A DNA stretch of 64,000 bases from positions 3,955,818 through 4,019,817 of the forward strand of contig OZ245439.1 of assembly GCA_965226875.1 (NCBI GenBank). The letters run 5' to 3'. Origin of the DNA: Dehalococcoidia bacterium. GTDB taxonomy: Bacteria > Chloroflexota > Dehalococcoidia > Lucifugimonadales > UBA3495. Both the position numbers and the translations under genes were made by a program. This document shows positions 51,985-60,654 of this stretch, piece after piece (positions within the stretch are counted from its first letter, which is position 1; every line of letters begins with the position of its first letter). The notes beneath the pieces are model-generated. The model ran no database searches. It saw nothing but the letters and a program-made list of their open reading frames with translations, and was not told the DNA's origin.

Positions 51985-53811
51985 ATGGCCCGCACGTTCC
52001 GCCTGGCGCTGGCCCAGATCAACCTCACCGTTGGAGACCTCCCCGGCAACACCGCGCGGATGCTGGAGTGCCTGCATCAGGCCCGCGAGTCCGGCGCCGA
52101 CCTGGTGGCCTTCCCTGAACTGGCAACCACCGGCTACCCCCCCGAAGACCTGCTCTTCAAGAAGTCCTTTATCGAAGCCAACGTGGCCGCCATGGAACAG
52201 GTGATTGCCGAGTCCCGCGGTATCATCGTGGTGCTGGGATACGTTCGCCCCCTTCTTAATCTTCCCCCGCAGGAGGGGAACGAAAAGGGGGGCGGCATCG
52301 CCAACTCCGCTGCCGTGGGATACGACGGGCGGCTGATCGACACCTACGACAAGATATTTCTGCCCAACTATGGCGTTTTCGACGAGGAGCGCTACTTCGT
52401 CAAGGGCAGCGTCTGTCCGGTATACGAGATCGGCGGCGTCCGCATCGGCGTCAACGTCTGCGAAGACATCTGGTTCGCTGTTGGGCCGTCGTCGGTGCAG
52501 CGGCAGGCGGGTGCGGAGCTGATCGTCAACATCAACGCCTCGCCCTTCCACGCCGGTAAGAGCGCCTACCGCCGCCACAGCATCGTGGGCAGCCGCGCGG
52601 CTGAGAACGGCCTGTTCGTCGCCTACCTGAACACCGTCGGCGGGCAGGACGAGCTGGTCTTCGACGGCAACAGCATAATTTGCGACCCCGGCGGGCAGGT
52701 CGTCGCCCGCGGCCCCGCATTCCGCGAGGCGATGATTCTGGCCGACATTGATGTGGATGCAGTCCCTCGACTCTCGGAAATTCCCTCTCCCTCCGGGGGA
52801 GGGTCAGGGTGGGGGCGTTCCTCCCTGGAGGCTGTGGGTTCTCCCAAGCTGATAAGAATTCCCTCCCCCCCGGAGGGAGGCCCAGGGCGGGCATGTCCCG
52901 TGCAGCGCCAGCCCCTGCCACCCGTGGAGGATGGCGGCGAAGTGGAGGAGATCGAGGAAATCTACCGCGCCCTGGTCATGGGTACCCGAGATTATCTGGT
53001 CAAGACGGGGTTCAGCAAGGCTATCATCGGCCTATCGGGCGGCATAGACTCGGCGCTGACCGCCGTTGTCGCCGCCGACGCCCTGGGGCCGGAGAATGTG
53101 CTGGGCATCACCATGCCCTCGCGCTACTCGTCGCAGGGCAGCGTCGGCGATTCGGCGGAGCTGGCGCGGAACCTGGGCATCGAGTTCTGGGAGATTCCCA
53201 TTGAGCTGGCGCATACCGCCTTCACCGGGATGCTGGAGGAGCGTTTCGCCGGGACAGCGCCCAACGTGGCCGAGGAGAACGTGCAGGCCCGCATCCGGGG
53301 CAACGTGCTGATGACCGTGTCCAACAAGTTCGGCTGGATCGTGCTGACCACCGGCAACAAGTCGGAGATGGCCATGGGATACGCCACGCTCTACGGCGAC
53401 ATGGCTGGCGGCTTCGCGGTGCTCAAGGACGTTCACAAGTTGACGGTCTACGCCCTGAGCCGCTGGCGCAACCACCACGGAAAGCTGTTCGCAAGCAACG
53501 ACGACGTGATACCGCAGGCCATCATCGACAAGCCGCCCAGCGCCGAGCTGCGCGAGGACCAACTGGACGAAGACAGCCTGCCGCCCTACGACATCCTCGA
53601 CCCGGTGATACAGGCCTACGTCGAAGACGACTGTAGCTTCGCCGATATGGTTGATATGGGCTTCGACCCCGCCGTGGTGCGCCAGGTCATCACCGCTGTC
53701 GATCGCAACGAATACAAGCGTCGCCAAGCCCCGCCCGGTGTCAAGATCACCCCCCGCGCCTTCGGCCGCGATCGCCGCCTGCCCATCGTCAACCGCTACC
53801 GGCAGGTGTGA
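51985..53811 (+). CDS. nadE: Glutamine-dependent NAD+ synthetase
   Basis: 608 aa. N-terminal C-N hydrolase domain (LALAQINLTVGD...FPEL...CED). C-terminal NAD synthetase domain (GLSGGIDSAL PP-loop ...TGNKSE...). The inter-domain linker contains two REP1 copies. Confidence 0.93.
   Translation: MARTFRLALAQINLTVGDLPGNTARMLECLHQARESGADLVAFPELATTGYPPEDLLFKKSFIEANVAAMEQVIAESRGIIVVLGYVRPLLNLPPQEGNEKGGGIANSAAVGYDGRLIDTYDKIFLPNYGVFDEERYFVKGSVCPVYEIGGVRIGVNVCEDIWFAVGPSSVQRQAGAELIVNINASPFHAGKSAYRRHSIVGSRAAENGLFVAYLNTVGGQDELVFDGNSIICDPGGQVVARGPAFREAMILADIDVDAVPRLSEIPSPSGGGSGWGRSSLEAVGSPKLIRIPSPPEGGPGRACPVQRQPLPPVEDGGEVEEIEEIYRALVMGTRDYLVKTGFSKAIIGLSGGIDSALTAVVAADALGPENVLGITMPSRYSSQGSVGDSAELARNLGIEFWEIPIELAHTAFTGMLEERFAGTAPNVAEENVQARIRGNVLMTVSNKFGWIVLTTGNKSEMAMGYATLYGDMAGGFAVLKDVHKLTVYALSRWRNHHGKLFASNDDVIPQAIIDKPPSAELREDQLDEDSLPPYDILDPVIQAYVEDDCSFADMVDMGFDPAVVRQVITAVDRNEYKRRQAPPGVKITPRAFGRDRRLPIVNRYRQV
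52777..52895. repeat. Two REP1 elements inside nadE (in-frame, domain linker)
   Basis: GAAATTCCCTCTCCC-TCCG-GGGGAGGGTCAGGGTGGGGGCGTTCC (52777-52821) and GAATTCCCTCCCCCC-CGGA-GGGAGGCCCAGGGCGGGCATG (52856-52895), translated as EIPSPSGGGSGWGRS...IPSPPEGGPGRA. Confidence 0.8.
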
Positions 53812-53957
53812 GCGCCTTTCGCTCTCCGGCGCCTTGGTGACGTTCCCCGGTTGCGCTTCCGTGGCCTAGACCAGTCTCCCCTCCCCACCTTTCGCCCTCC
53901 ATACCCCGAAATTCGGGCAACTGTAACACTTCTGGCACGCAAATCTTGTCCAATGTT

Positions 53958-53988
53958 GCACATCTGAATCTGGATGTGCGCCTTTTTT
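53958..53988 (+). terminator. Rho-independent terminator downstream of nadE
   Basis: GCACATC-TGAATCTG-GATGTGC-GCC-TTTTTT. Confidence 0.7.
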
Positions 53989-54067
53989 CCCGGATAGTGA
54001 CAGTGTGCGGCGTGCCTTCACCGCAGGTGTCAAGACTGTCCGCAAATCCGGGAAACGAGGTGACGAG

Positions 54068-55351
54068 ATGTCCCGCTGGAAACAAATCCTGGTAATCATC
54101 TGTGGCCTGCTGGCGCTATCGGTTTTGCTGGCCGCTTGCGGCGGCGCTTCCGACGGAGGGAGCAACTATCCCGAACGGTCGAGGCCTACGGCAGCCCCGG
54201 CAGCCCCCCTCGCCCCCGCTGCCACGGCGGCCCCCCTCGCCCCGCCGCCGCTGGCTCCTAGTTCTCGCACGGAATCTTCCCCCCCGGACCGCCGGGAGCG
54301 GGAGCGTAGCCAACCTCCCCCCACCGACCTGAAGGCTGGCGAGGTGGACGACAACGACCGCTGGGACGAATACCTGGAATTCCGCCGCGAATATCGTGGG
54401 CCGCGCGTTCGCGAAGTGGACGTGACTGAGCGATACATCATCACGGTGCTGGACCGGAACAACCGCCCGGTGCCCAACGCCCGCGTCTCGGTCTCCACCG
54501 ACCGGAATACCGTATTCGAGGGACGTACCTACGCCAACGGGAAGACCCTGTTCTTCCCCAGAGCCTTCAGCCGCACCGGAGACGCCCGCCTGTTCCGCAC
54601 CTACGTCGAGGCGGATGGGGAGAGCCAATACCTGGACGCCGAGCGGCATGAAAGCGACCAGTGGATAATCAAGCTGGACATTGACGCCGGGTATGGCGGA
54701 GGCCGAACGCCGCTGGACGTCCTCTTCCTGGTGGATTCCACCGGAAGCATGACCGACGAAATAGACCGCATCAAGGAGACCCTGCTCTCCATCTCCGAGC
54801 GTATCAACAACCTGCCGTCGCGCCCAGACCTTCGCTTCGGGATGGTAACCTACCGGGACCGGGGCGACGCCTATGTTACCCGCTTGTACGACTTCAATTC
54901 CAACGTGCAGCGGTTCCTGCGCACCATAGAGGGGGTGCAGGCCAATGGCGGCGGCGATTACCCGGAGTCGCTGAACGAGGCTCTCAACGTGGCCGTGGAT
55001 GACCCGGGTTGGCGGCTCCAGGACGCCGTGCGGCTGGTGTTCCTGATCGCCGACGCACCGCCCCATCTGGATTACGCGCAGGACTATGACTATTCAGAGG
55101 AGATGGTGGAGGCCAACCGCCTCGGCATCAAGATTTTCCCCATAGCATCCAGCGGCCTGGACAATCAGGGTGAGTACATTTTCCGTCAGATTGCCCAGCA
55201 CACCATGGGCCGCTTCCTCTTCCTGCTCTATGACGAAGGCAGCGGCACGGACACAACCCCGCACAGCGTCGGCCAATACACGGTGCAGCAGTTGGACGAC
55301 CTGGTAGTCCGTATCGTTGAAGAGGAACTGGCCCACCTAGGCCGAAACTGA
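54068..55351 (+). CDS. von Willebrand factor A (vWA) domain lipoprotein
   Basis: I prefer the ATG at 54068 (MSRWKQILVIICGLLALSVLLAAC lipobox). Pro/Ala-rich linker. LFLVDSTGSM MIDAS-like motif ...DYPES...FLIADAPPH. Confidence 0.8.
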   Translation: MSRWKQILVIICGLLALSVLLAACGGASDGGSNYPERSRPTAAPAAPLAPAATAAPLAPPPLAPSSRTESSPPDRRERERSQPPPTDLKAGEVDDNDRWDEYLEFRREYRGPRVREVDVTERYIITVLDRNNRPVPNARVSVSTDRNTVFEGRTYANGKTLFFPRAFSRTGDARLFRTYVEADGESQYLDAERHESDQWIIKLDIDAGYGGGRTPLDVLFLVDSTGSMTDEIDRIKETLLSISERINNLPSRPDLRFGMVTYRDRGDAYVTRLYDFNSNVQRFLRTIEGVQANGGGDYPESLNEALNVAVDDPGWRLQDAVRLVFLIADAPPHLDYAQDYDYSEEMVEANRLGIKIFPIASSGLDNQGEYIFRQIAQHTMGRFLFLLYDEGSGTDTTPHSVGQYTVQQLDDLVVRIVEEELAHLGRN

Positions 55352-55444
55352 CTGGGATGGATTGCGCCTGCGAACCCGGTTTGTTCTGAGGTGGGCCCCT
55401 GAGATGGGCCAAGGATGAACTGGGTTCGCCCGCCTGCGCCGGTG

Positions 55445-56929
55445 TCAGTCCCCCGTAGCGGCCGACTCGCCGGGCTGCGGAGCCGCCTGCTCAGGACGGG
55501 GCGCGGTCTTGGGGCGCCCTTGCAGGAACGATACGGTCATCGAGGCTATCACCAGGGCGACGAGCACATAGAAGGAGTAGCGCATCCCCTCGGTGAACGC
55601 ACCGCGCACTCCCTCCACCGTGCCGTTGCGGACCGCTTCCAAGCTCGGCTCGAACCCTAGGGAACCCATCGTTACCGTCACTATGGTGGTGGCGATGGCG
55701 AGGCTGATCACATTGGCCGAATTGCGCACCAGGTTCAGGAATCCCGACACTACGCCGTAGCTCTCTCTCCCCACCGCGCTCAACACCGAGCTGGAGTTGG
55801 CCGAGTAGAATGTTCCCATGCCGCAACTGACCAGCATCAGGCCGGGAATCACGTCCCAAAGGGACGAGGTCTCGGTTATCCTGCTGAGCATCAGCAAGCC
55901 CACGGTCGAACATAGCATCCCGCCCATGGTGAACCAGCGCCAGCCGAACTTGTCCGACAGCGTGCCGCTGACCGAGCCCATGATTGCCATGCACAGGGCG
56001 CCGGGCATCACCACCAGCCCGGCAACCTTGGGGCTGTAGCCCAGCACATTCTGTATGTAGAAAGGCATCAGGAACAGCACCGACGACTGCCCCAGAAAGG
56101 TCAGAAAGGCCGCCGCCACGCCGCAGGAAAACACGCGCTCCCGGAAGAACCGCAGGTTGAACATCGGCGCGGGAGCGCGAAGCTCCCACCAGATGAAGGC
56201 GACGAACATACTGGCCGACAGCACGAAGGCGGCCAGTATCGGGGCCGACATCCAGCCCCAGTTGACGGCCAGCGTCAGGCCCAGCAGCAACGCCACCAGT
56301 ACGCCGGTGGAAAGGGCCGCGCCCAGCCAGTCGAAGCTGCTGCCCCGCGGGGCCCGCTCCGACTCCCAGTGGCGCAGCACGGCCAGCGTGGCGGCGATTC
56401 CCAGCAGTCCCAGCGGTATGTTCAGGAAGAACACCGCCCGCCAATGCACGAGGTCAACGATAATCCCGCCGATGGCCGGCCCGGCCACTGCGCCCACGCC
56501 CACGGTGGTCATCAGCATCCCGATGGCCCGCCCCCGCTCGCTGGAGGGGAACACCGAGGTCATGATGGCCATGCCGGTGCCTTGGGTCATGGCCGCGCCG
56601 ACGCCCTGGAATATGCGGGCCAGCAGCAGGATCGCCAGGTTGGGCGACATTCCCGCGCCCGCCGCTCCGAACATCATAATGACGCTGCCGAGGATGTAGA
56701 CGCGCTTCTGGCCGATCATGTCGGCCAAGCGTCCCATGGGCAGCAGCAGGGCGCTGATGACCAGGGCGAACCCAATGACCACCCACTGAACGCTTTGCAG
56801 CTCGATGCTCAGGGCCTCGGCAATAGAAGGCAGCGCCACGATGACGCTGCCGTGGTCAACTACCGAGGCGAAAAGCCCGACTGCCAAGGCTCCGAATACC
56901 AGGTACTTGTTGCGGCCGCTCTGATTCAC
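55445..56929 (-). CDS. MFS transporter, DHA2 (EmrB/QacA-like, 14 TMS)
   Basis: 494 aa. VDHGSVIVALPSI..., GRLADMIGQKR and 14 hydrophobic segments. Confidence 0.9.
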   Translation of the reverse strand: MNQSGRNKYLVFGALAVGLFASVVDHGSVIVALPSIAEALSIELQSVQWVVIGFALVISALLLPMGRLADMIGQKRVYILGSVIMMFGAAGAGMSPNLAILLLARIFQGVGAAMTQGTGMAIMTSVFPSSERGRAIGMLMTTVGVGAVAGPAIGGIIVDLVHWRAVFFLNIPLGLLGIAATLAVLRHWESERAPRGSSFDWLGAALSTGVLVALLLGLTLAVNWGWMSAPILAAFVLSASMFVAFIWWELRAPAPMFNLRFFRERVFSCGVAAAFLTFLGQSSVLFLMPFYIQNVLGYSPKVAGLVVMPGALCMAIMGSVSGTLSDKFGWRWFTMGGMLCSTVGLLMLSRITETSSLWDVIPGLMLVSCGMGTFYSANSSSVLSAVGRESYGVVSGFLNLVRNSANVISLAIATTIVTVTMGSLGFEPSLEAVRNGTVEGVRGAFTEGMRYSFYVLVALVIASMTVSFLQGRPKTAPRPEQAAPQPGESAATGD

Positions 56930-57086
56930 AATCCCAAGGGGATAAAATAACCCCGGCGCGGAAGATGCGCCGATTGTTAATATCCCAATCTCCTAGCTTG
57001 CCATTATACTTTAATTTGCCTGCAACGGGCCGCAGGCCGACGATATCCGAATTTGTGATACTGGCCGAAAAACGCGGAGGGCAAGA

Positions 57087-57647
57087 ATGGCAAGAATACC
57101 CACAGCCAGCCGGAATACCGTGCCGCAGGACCAAGCGGAAGCCTTCGACGAATACGTTGCCGAGAGGGGCAGCGTCCCAGACACCGGCCCCCTGTCGGTG
57201 ATGCTGCACGTTCCCGAATTGATCAAGCGCGGCGAGCACCTGCGGGCCTACCTGCGGGGCGGCGAGTCCAGCCTGCCCGCCAACATACGCGAACTGGGGA
57301 TGCTGCTGGCAGCGCGGGAAATGGACTGCCAGTTCATCTGGAACGCTCACGCCGCCATGGGCCGTCAGTCGGGCCTGAGCGACGACCTGGTGGACAGCCT
57401 GCGGGACAAGAAGGAACTAACCGGACTCTCGCCCGCAGAGTCGGCAGTCATCGAGTACGGACGCGAGTTTTTCCGCACCCACCGCGTCGGCGACGAGACT
57501 TTCAACGACGCCATGGCGCAGTTTGGCACCCGCGGCCTGGTGGAGCTGACCACCCTGATGGGCTACTACGCTTGCCTCGCCTTCAACATCAACGCCTTCG
57601 AGGTCGGTCTGCCCGCCGAGATTACGGAGACACCCCTGCCAGTGTAG
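57087..57647 (+). CDS. Carboxymuconolactone decarboxylase (AhpD-like) family protein
   Basis: 186 aa. Paralog of 41086-41643 (RELGMLLAAREMDCQFIWNAH...). Confidence 0.82.
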   Translation: MARIPTASRNTVPQDQAEAFDEYVAERGSVPDTGPLSVMLHVPELIKRGEHLRAYLRGGESSLPANIRELGMLLAAREMDCQFIWNAHAAMGRQSGLSDDLVDSLRDKKELTGLSPAESAVIEYGREFFRTHRVGDETFNDAMAQFGTRGLVELTTLMGYYACLAFNINAFEVGLPAEITETPLPV

Positions 57648-57683
57648 TGGGCGCTCCCGAGTGGACGCTCAACTATATTGTCC

Positions 57684-58136
57684 TTATCCTACAGAGGGGA
57701 TGTTGATCTGCGAGGCTTCTACCGCGTAGAAAGTGGCTTGCTTTTGGCTCTGTCCTGGAACCATCGCCACCACACGATACGCGCCGTATCCGGGAAGGGT
57801 CAGTTGAAGCGGTAGCACTGCCATTGCACGGAAACATTGTCCTTTCGTAGCGGTAACAGGTCGTCCCATGTTTAGGGTCGCTTGGAGATCGGAATGCAGT
57901 TGTGTCCCGTCTTCGTCCTCTATCCTAATCTGCAACTGATGCGGCTCATTCGTTAAACTCCACGGTACGAGAACACCAATTGCGATATAAAAGGCGACTT
58001 GCTGCCCGATGTCGCCAATATGGAGCCTGTCCCAGGCGCCCCCCATCATGTAAAGCTTCCCGTTGAGCACCTCGGCGTGGTCAGCTAGTTGCAGGAAATC
58101 TACTTCGACCTGCTCGGGTATAGTTGACATCGCCAA
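57684..58136 (-). CDS. Hypothetical protein (beta-rich, lower-GC islet)
   Basis: 150-aa ORF. No family confidently recognised. Confidence 0.6.
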   Translation of the reverse strand: MAMSTIPEQVEVDFLQLADHAEVLNGKLYMMGGAWDRLHIGDIGQQVAFYIAIGVLVPWSLTNEPHQLQIRIEDEDGTQLHSDLQATLNMGRPVTATKGQCFRAMAVLPLQLTLPGYGAYRVVAMVPGQSQKQATFYAVEASQINIPSVG

Positions 58137-58191
58137 ACCTCCTGTTTACAATGTATACACCATACCGTAAGTTTACATAGAGGTCAAGCGG

Positions 58192-58539
58192 TTGTCGGAA
58201 GTTGAAATAGAGGCCATTTTCGCTCAGAATGGCGCCGTCAATCAATTGGAATTAGATGAAGAATTGGAAGAGCACCTACGGGAGAGGGGGCTATCAACCA
58301 AACATATAGTCAGCCTGAGCGAAATACTGGAAGTATTTGGAGGGGATCCTAAATTCTTCGAGAATCCAAGTAGTCAGGGCCGTAGGGCGCCGATTGTAAT
58401 GGTGGGACCTACTTCGGCCGAGCGAATACTTTGTGTGCCAATTGAGCCAACAGGGCGGTGGGGAATCTGGCGACCGATTACCGCCTTTACAGCTAACACC
58501 CACCACATAGAGCGATATAGAGAGGAGGCAGTAGAGTGA
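58192..58539 (+). CDS. BrnT-like (DUF497-like) toxin candidate
   Basis: 115 aa, TTG start. KHIVSLSEILEVF ... ERILCVPIEP...WRPITAFTANTHHIERYRE resembles BrnT (KHgvsFeEa..vF ... iRIISARkAt..E..Y). 4-nt overlap with the downstream RHH gene. Confidence 0.5.
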   Translation: MSEVEIEAIFAQNGAVNQLELDEELEEHLRERGLSTKHIVSLSEILEVFGGDPKFFENPSSQGRRAPIVMVGPTSAERILCVPIEPTGRWGIWRPITAFTANTHHIERYREEAVE

Positions 58540-58877
58540 GCGAGAAAATAGGCCAAGAAGAATACGAGCTTGGCAAGGACGTGACGCAATTGGCGAAAGC
58601 CACTAGCAAGAAGGAAACCAGCGTTGTTTCGGTTAGGCTAACGTCCAGCGAAATCGCCAAGCTAGAGAGGATTGGGCGAGAGAACGGGAAAACGGTATCG
58701 CAGGTTATCAGGGAGGCCATTGCCGCTTACCGTGTACGGCGTCCCGCAATGGTGGTCGGTCTGTGGAATGGCACCACTGTTTCGATGGGCGACCCTCAAA
58801 GCGTGAGTGGTAATGTGCGGTTCGAAGTGGTGACCACTGAAGGACAAGGAAGCTTCACGGGTGCGGCGCAGCAGTAA
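58536..58877 (+). CDS. Ribbon-helix-helix (CopG/BrnA-like) antitoxin candidate
   Basis: 113 aa. VVSVRLTSSEIAKLERIGRENGKTVSQVIREAI is a classic RHH segment. Confidence 0.6.
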   Translation: MSEKIGQEEYELGKDVTQLAKATSKKETSVVSVRLTSSEIAKLERIGRENGKTVSQVIREAIAAYRVRRPAMVVGLWNGTTVSMGDPQSVSGNVRFEVVTTEGQGSFTGAAQQ

Positions 58878-58963
58878 AGAGAACCCTGTCTTTTTTGTCG
58901 TTAATCCCGAGTGAGTTTCCAAGCTTTGTAGGAAAGGTAGCATCAGGGGGCCATTGACGTAGG

Positions 58964-59830
58964 TCACAGCACCGCTGCGGCGATTTCCTCGATCTCCTCG
59001 ATGGCGGCGTCGCCCTCGGTGTTGTTCAGCCAGATGGTGATGCGGTCGGCGCCGGCGTCCACCAGTTCCTCCACCTCCTCGCGGGTGCGGAACTGGTTGC
59101 CGAAGCCGAAGGCCATTACGTCGATGGACTTGGGGTCGCGGCCCGCTGACTCTGCCAGCTCGTCCAGCGTAGCACGGCCCGCCCGGATTTCCGCCGCCGA
59201 GGTGCGGTTGGGCATCCAGCCGTCGCCGTAGGCCACCACGCGGCGGAACACGTTGCGCGCCTTGCCGCCCAGGTACACCGGCGGATGGGGACTCTGGGCC
59301 GGTTTGGGCCAGGACTTTACCGGCGGGAAGTCGTAAAACTGGCCGTGGTACTCCGCCTCGTCCTGCGTCCAAAGCTGCTTCATGGCCTCGATGGACTCGC
59401 GGGTCTGCGTCCAGCGGCGGTCGAAGTCGCCGCCCATGATTTCCGTTTCCTCCCGCAGCCAGCCGGCTCCGATGCCGAGGATGAAGCGCCCGCCGGAGTA
59501 GTGGTCCAGCGTGGCGATTTCCTTAGCCAGCAGCAGCGGGTTGCGCTCGGGGACCAGGCAGATGCCGGTGCCCAGCTTGATGCGCGTGGTCACCGCCGAG
59601 GCCCGCGCCAGTGCCACGAAGGGGTCAACGATGCGCCCGTACTCCTCCGGTATCACCCCGTCGGCGGACCCGGCGTAGGGCGAACTGGTATGCACCGGCA
59701 GGATGGCGTGTTCCGGCACCCAGAAGGACTCGAACCCCAGCTCCTCGGCCCGCTTGGCCAGCACAGCCGGGTCGGCGGAGCTGTCCACCTCGAATGAGAA
59801 AATGCCCACTCTGCTCATGTTTTCGCTCAT
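58964..59830 (-). CDS. LLM-class (luciferase-like) F420/flavin-dependent oxidoreductase
   Basis: 288 aa. ...AEELGFESFWVPEH...GTGICLVPERNP...SGGRFILGIGAGW... Confidence 0.88.
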   Translation of the reverse strand: MSENMSRVGIFSFEVDSSADPAVLAKRAEELGFESFWVPEHAILPVHTSSPYAGSADGVIPEEYGRIVDPFVALARASAVTTRIKLGTGICLVPERNPLLLAKEIATLDHYSGGRFILGIGAGWLREETEIMGGDFDRRWTQTRESIEAMKQLWTQDEAEYHGQFYDFPPVKSWPKPAQSPHPPVYLGGKARNVFRRVVAYGDGWMPNRTSAAEIRAGRATLDELAESAGRDPKSIDVMAFGFGNQFRTREEVEELVDAGADRITIWLNNTEGDAAIEEIEEIAAAVL

Positions 59831-60009
59831 AATTCTCTCCGGGCGGAGTACAATAGAATTCAGTATGAAACACCTATAATTCGCGGCGAGTGTAGCAACG
59901 GCCTCTTGCCGCCGTCAAACCGCTGCCCGGTGGCCTGACATACTGCCGGGAGACACGCGGGAGACACGCAGCGATTGCGCGTACATAGAAGTGCAGGGTC
60001 TTTCGATTC

Positions 60010-60472
60010 TCAAGGAGCAGAAATTCCGAGGAGGGCCAGAGCCTCCAGAGGCTTGTAGCTGTAGTGTCGCAGCGCCGCCGCGATATTGGTTGCCCCGGTT
60101 TGTCGCAACAGCCCCAGTGTCGTGTTGCGCAAGGCCGCCATCACCTGGGGCACCGACCCGCTCCTCACCTGGGATGCGTCCTCTTTCATCGTCACGTCCC
60201 GCACGTAATGCAGCCGGTTCTCGATCTCCCAATGGCTCCGCCACAGGCACAGCAACTCTTGGGGCCCAGCCTGAGCCGGACTCAAACTGGTGATGGCCTA
60301 GGCCAACTCCTTTCTGGTCGCTCCCTTACGGGTCACCTTGCGCTCCACACAGCACACCTGCCGTACCTGGGGCCAGTCCAGATACTCATTGAGGGCGGTG
60401 GAGGTCCACAGGGTACGCTCTTCCCAACGGTCGCCGTGCCGCCCGCACTCCCCAGCCGTGGCCAACTCTTCC
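60010..60472 (-). pseudogene. ISAs1-family (IS4-like DDE) transposase, C-terminal fragment with in-frame TAG
   Basis: RSHWEIENRLHYVRDVTMKEDASQVR is an ISAs1 hallmark. Upstream the frame reads ...GRHGDRWEERTLW...KELA*AITSL. The fragment is truncated at 60472 by the MITE. Confidence 0.75.
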
Positions 60473-60654
60473 CCCTAGAAGTCTGGCCGGAAACCCCGAT
60501 TCTCCCCAAGCCAGCGTTTTCTTAACGTCGATTATTGATGGAATAGTGGGTGTTGCAACGTATTACATGCACCACCATGCCATATAAGTCTTGAATACGT
60601 CTGCTTCGCGTAGCGCAAAACCCGGCCAATGGCTTTCCGGCCAGACTTCTAGGG
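60473..60654 (-). mobile_element. 182-bp MITE, copy 2 (inverse orientation)
   Basis: Same 21-bp TIRs and the same length as 17864-18045. The cores are highly similar when reverse-complemented. Confidence 0.85.

Noticed and set aside
59947-59968. Tandem CGGGAGACACG x2 near the ISAs1 fragment end.
   Set aside because: There are only two copies of an 11-mer. It is most simply a local duplication in the decayed IS terminus.
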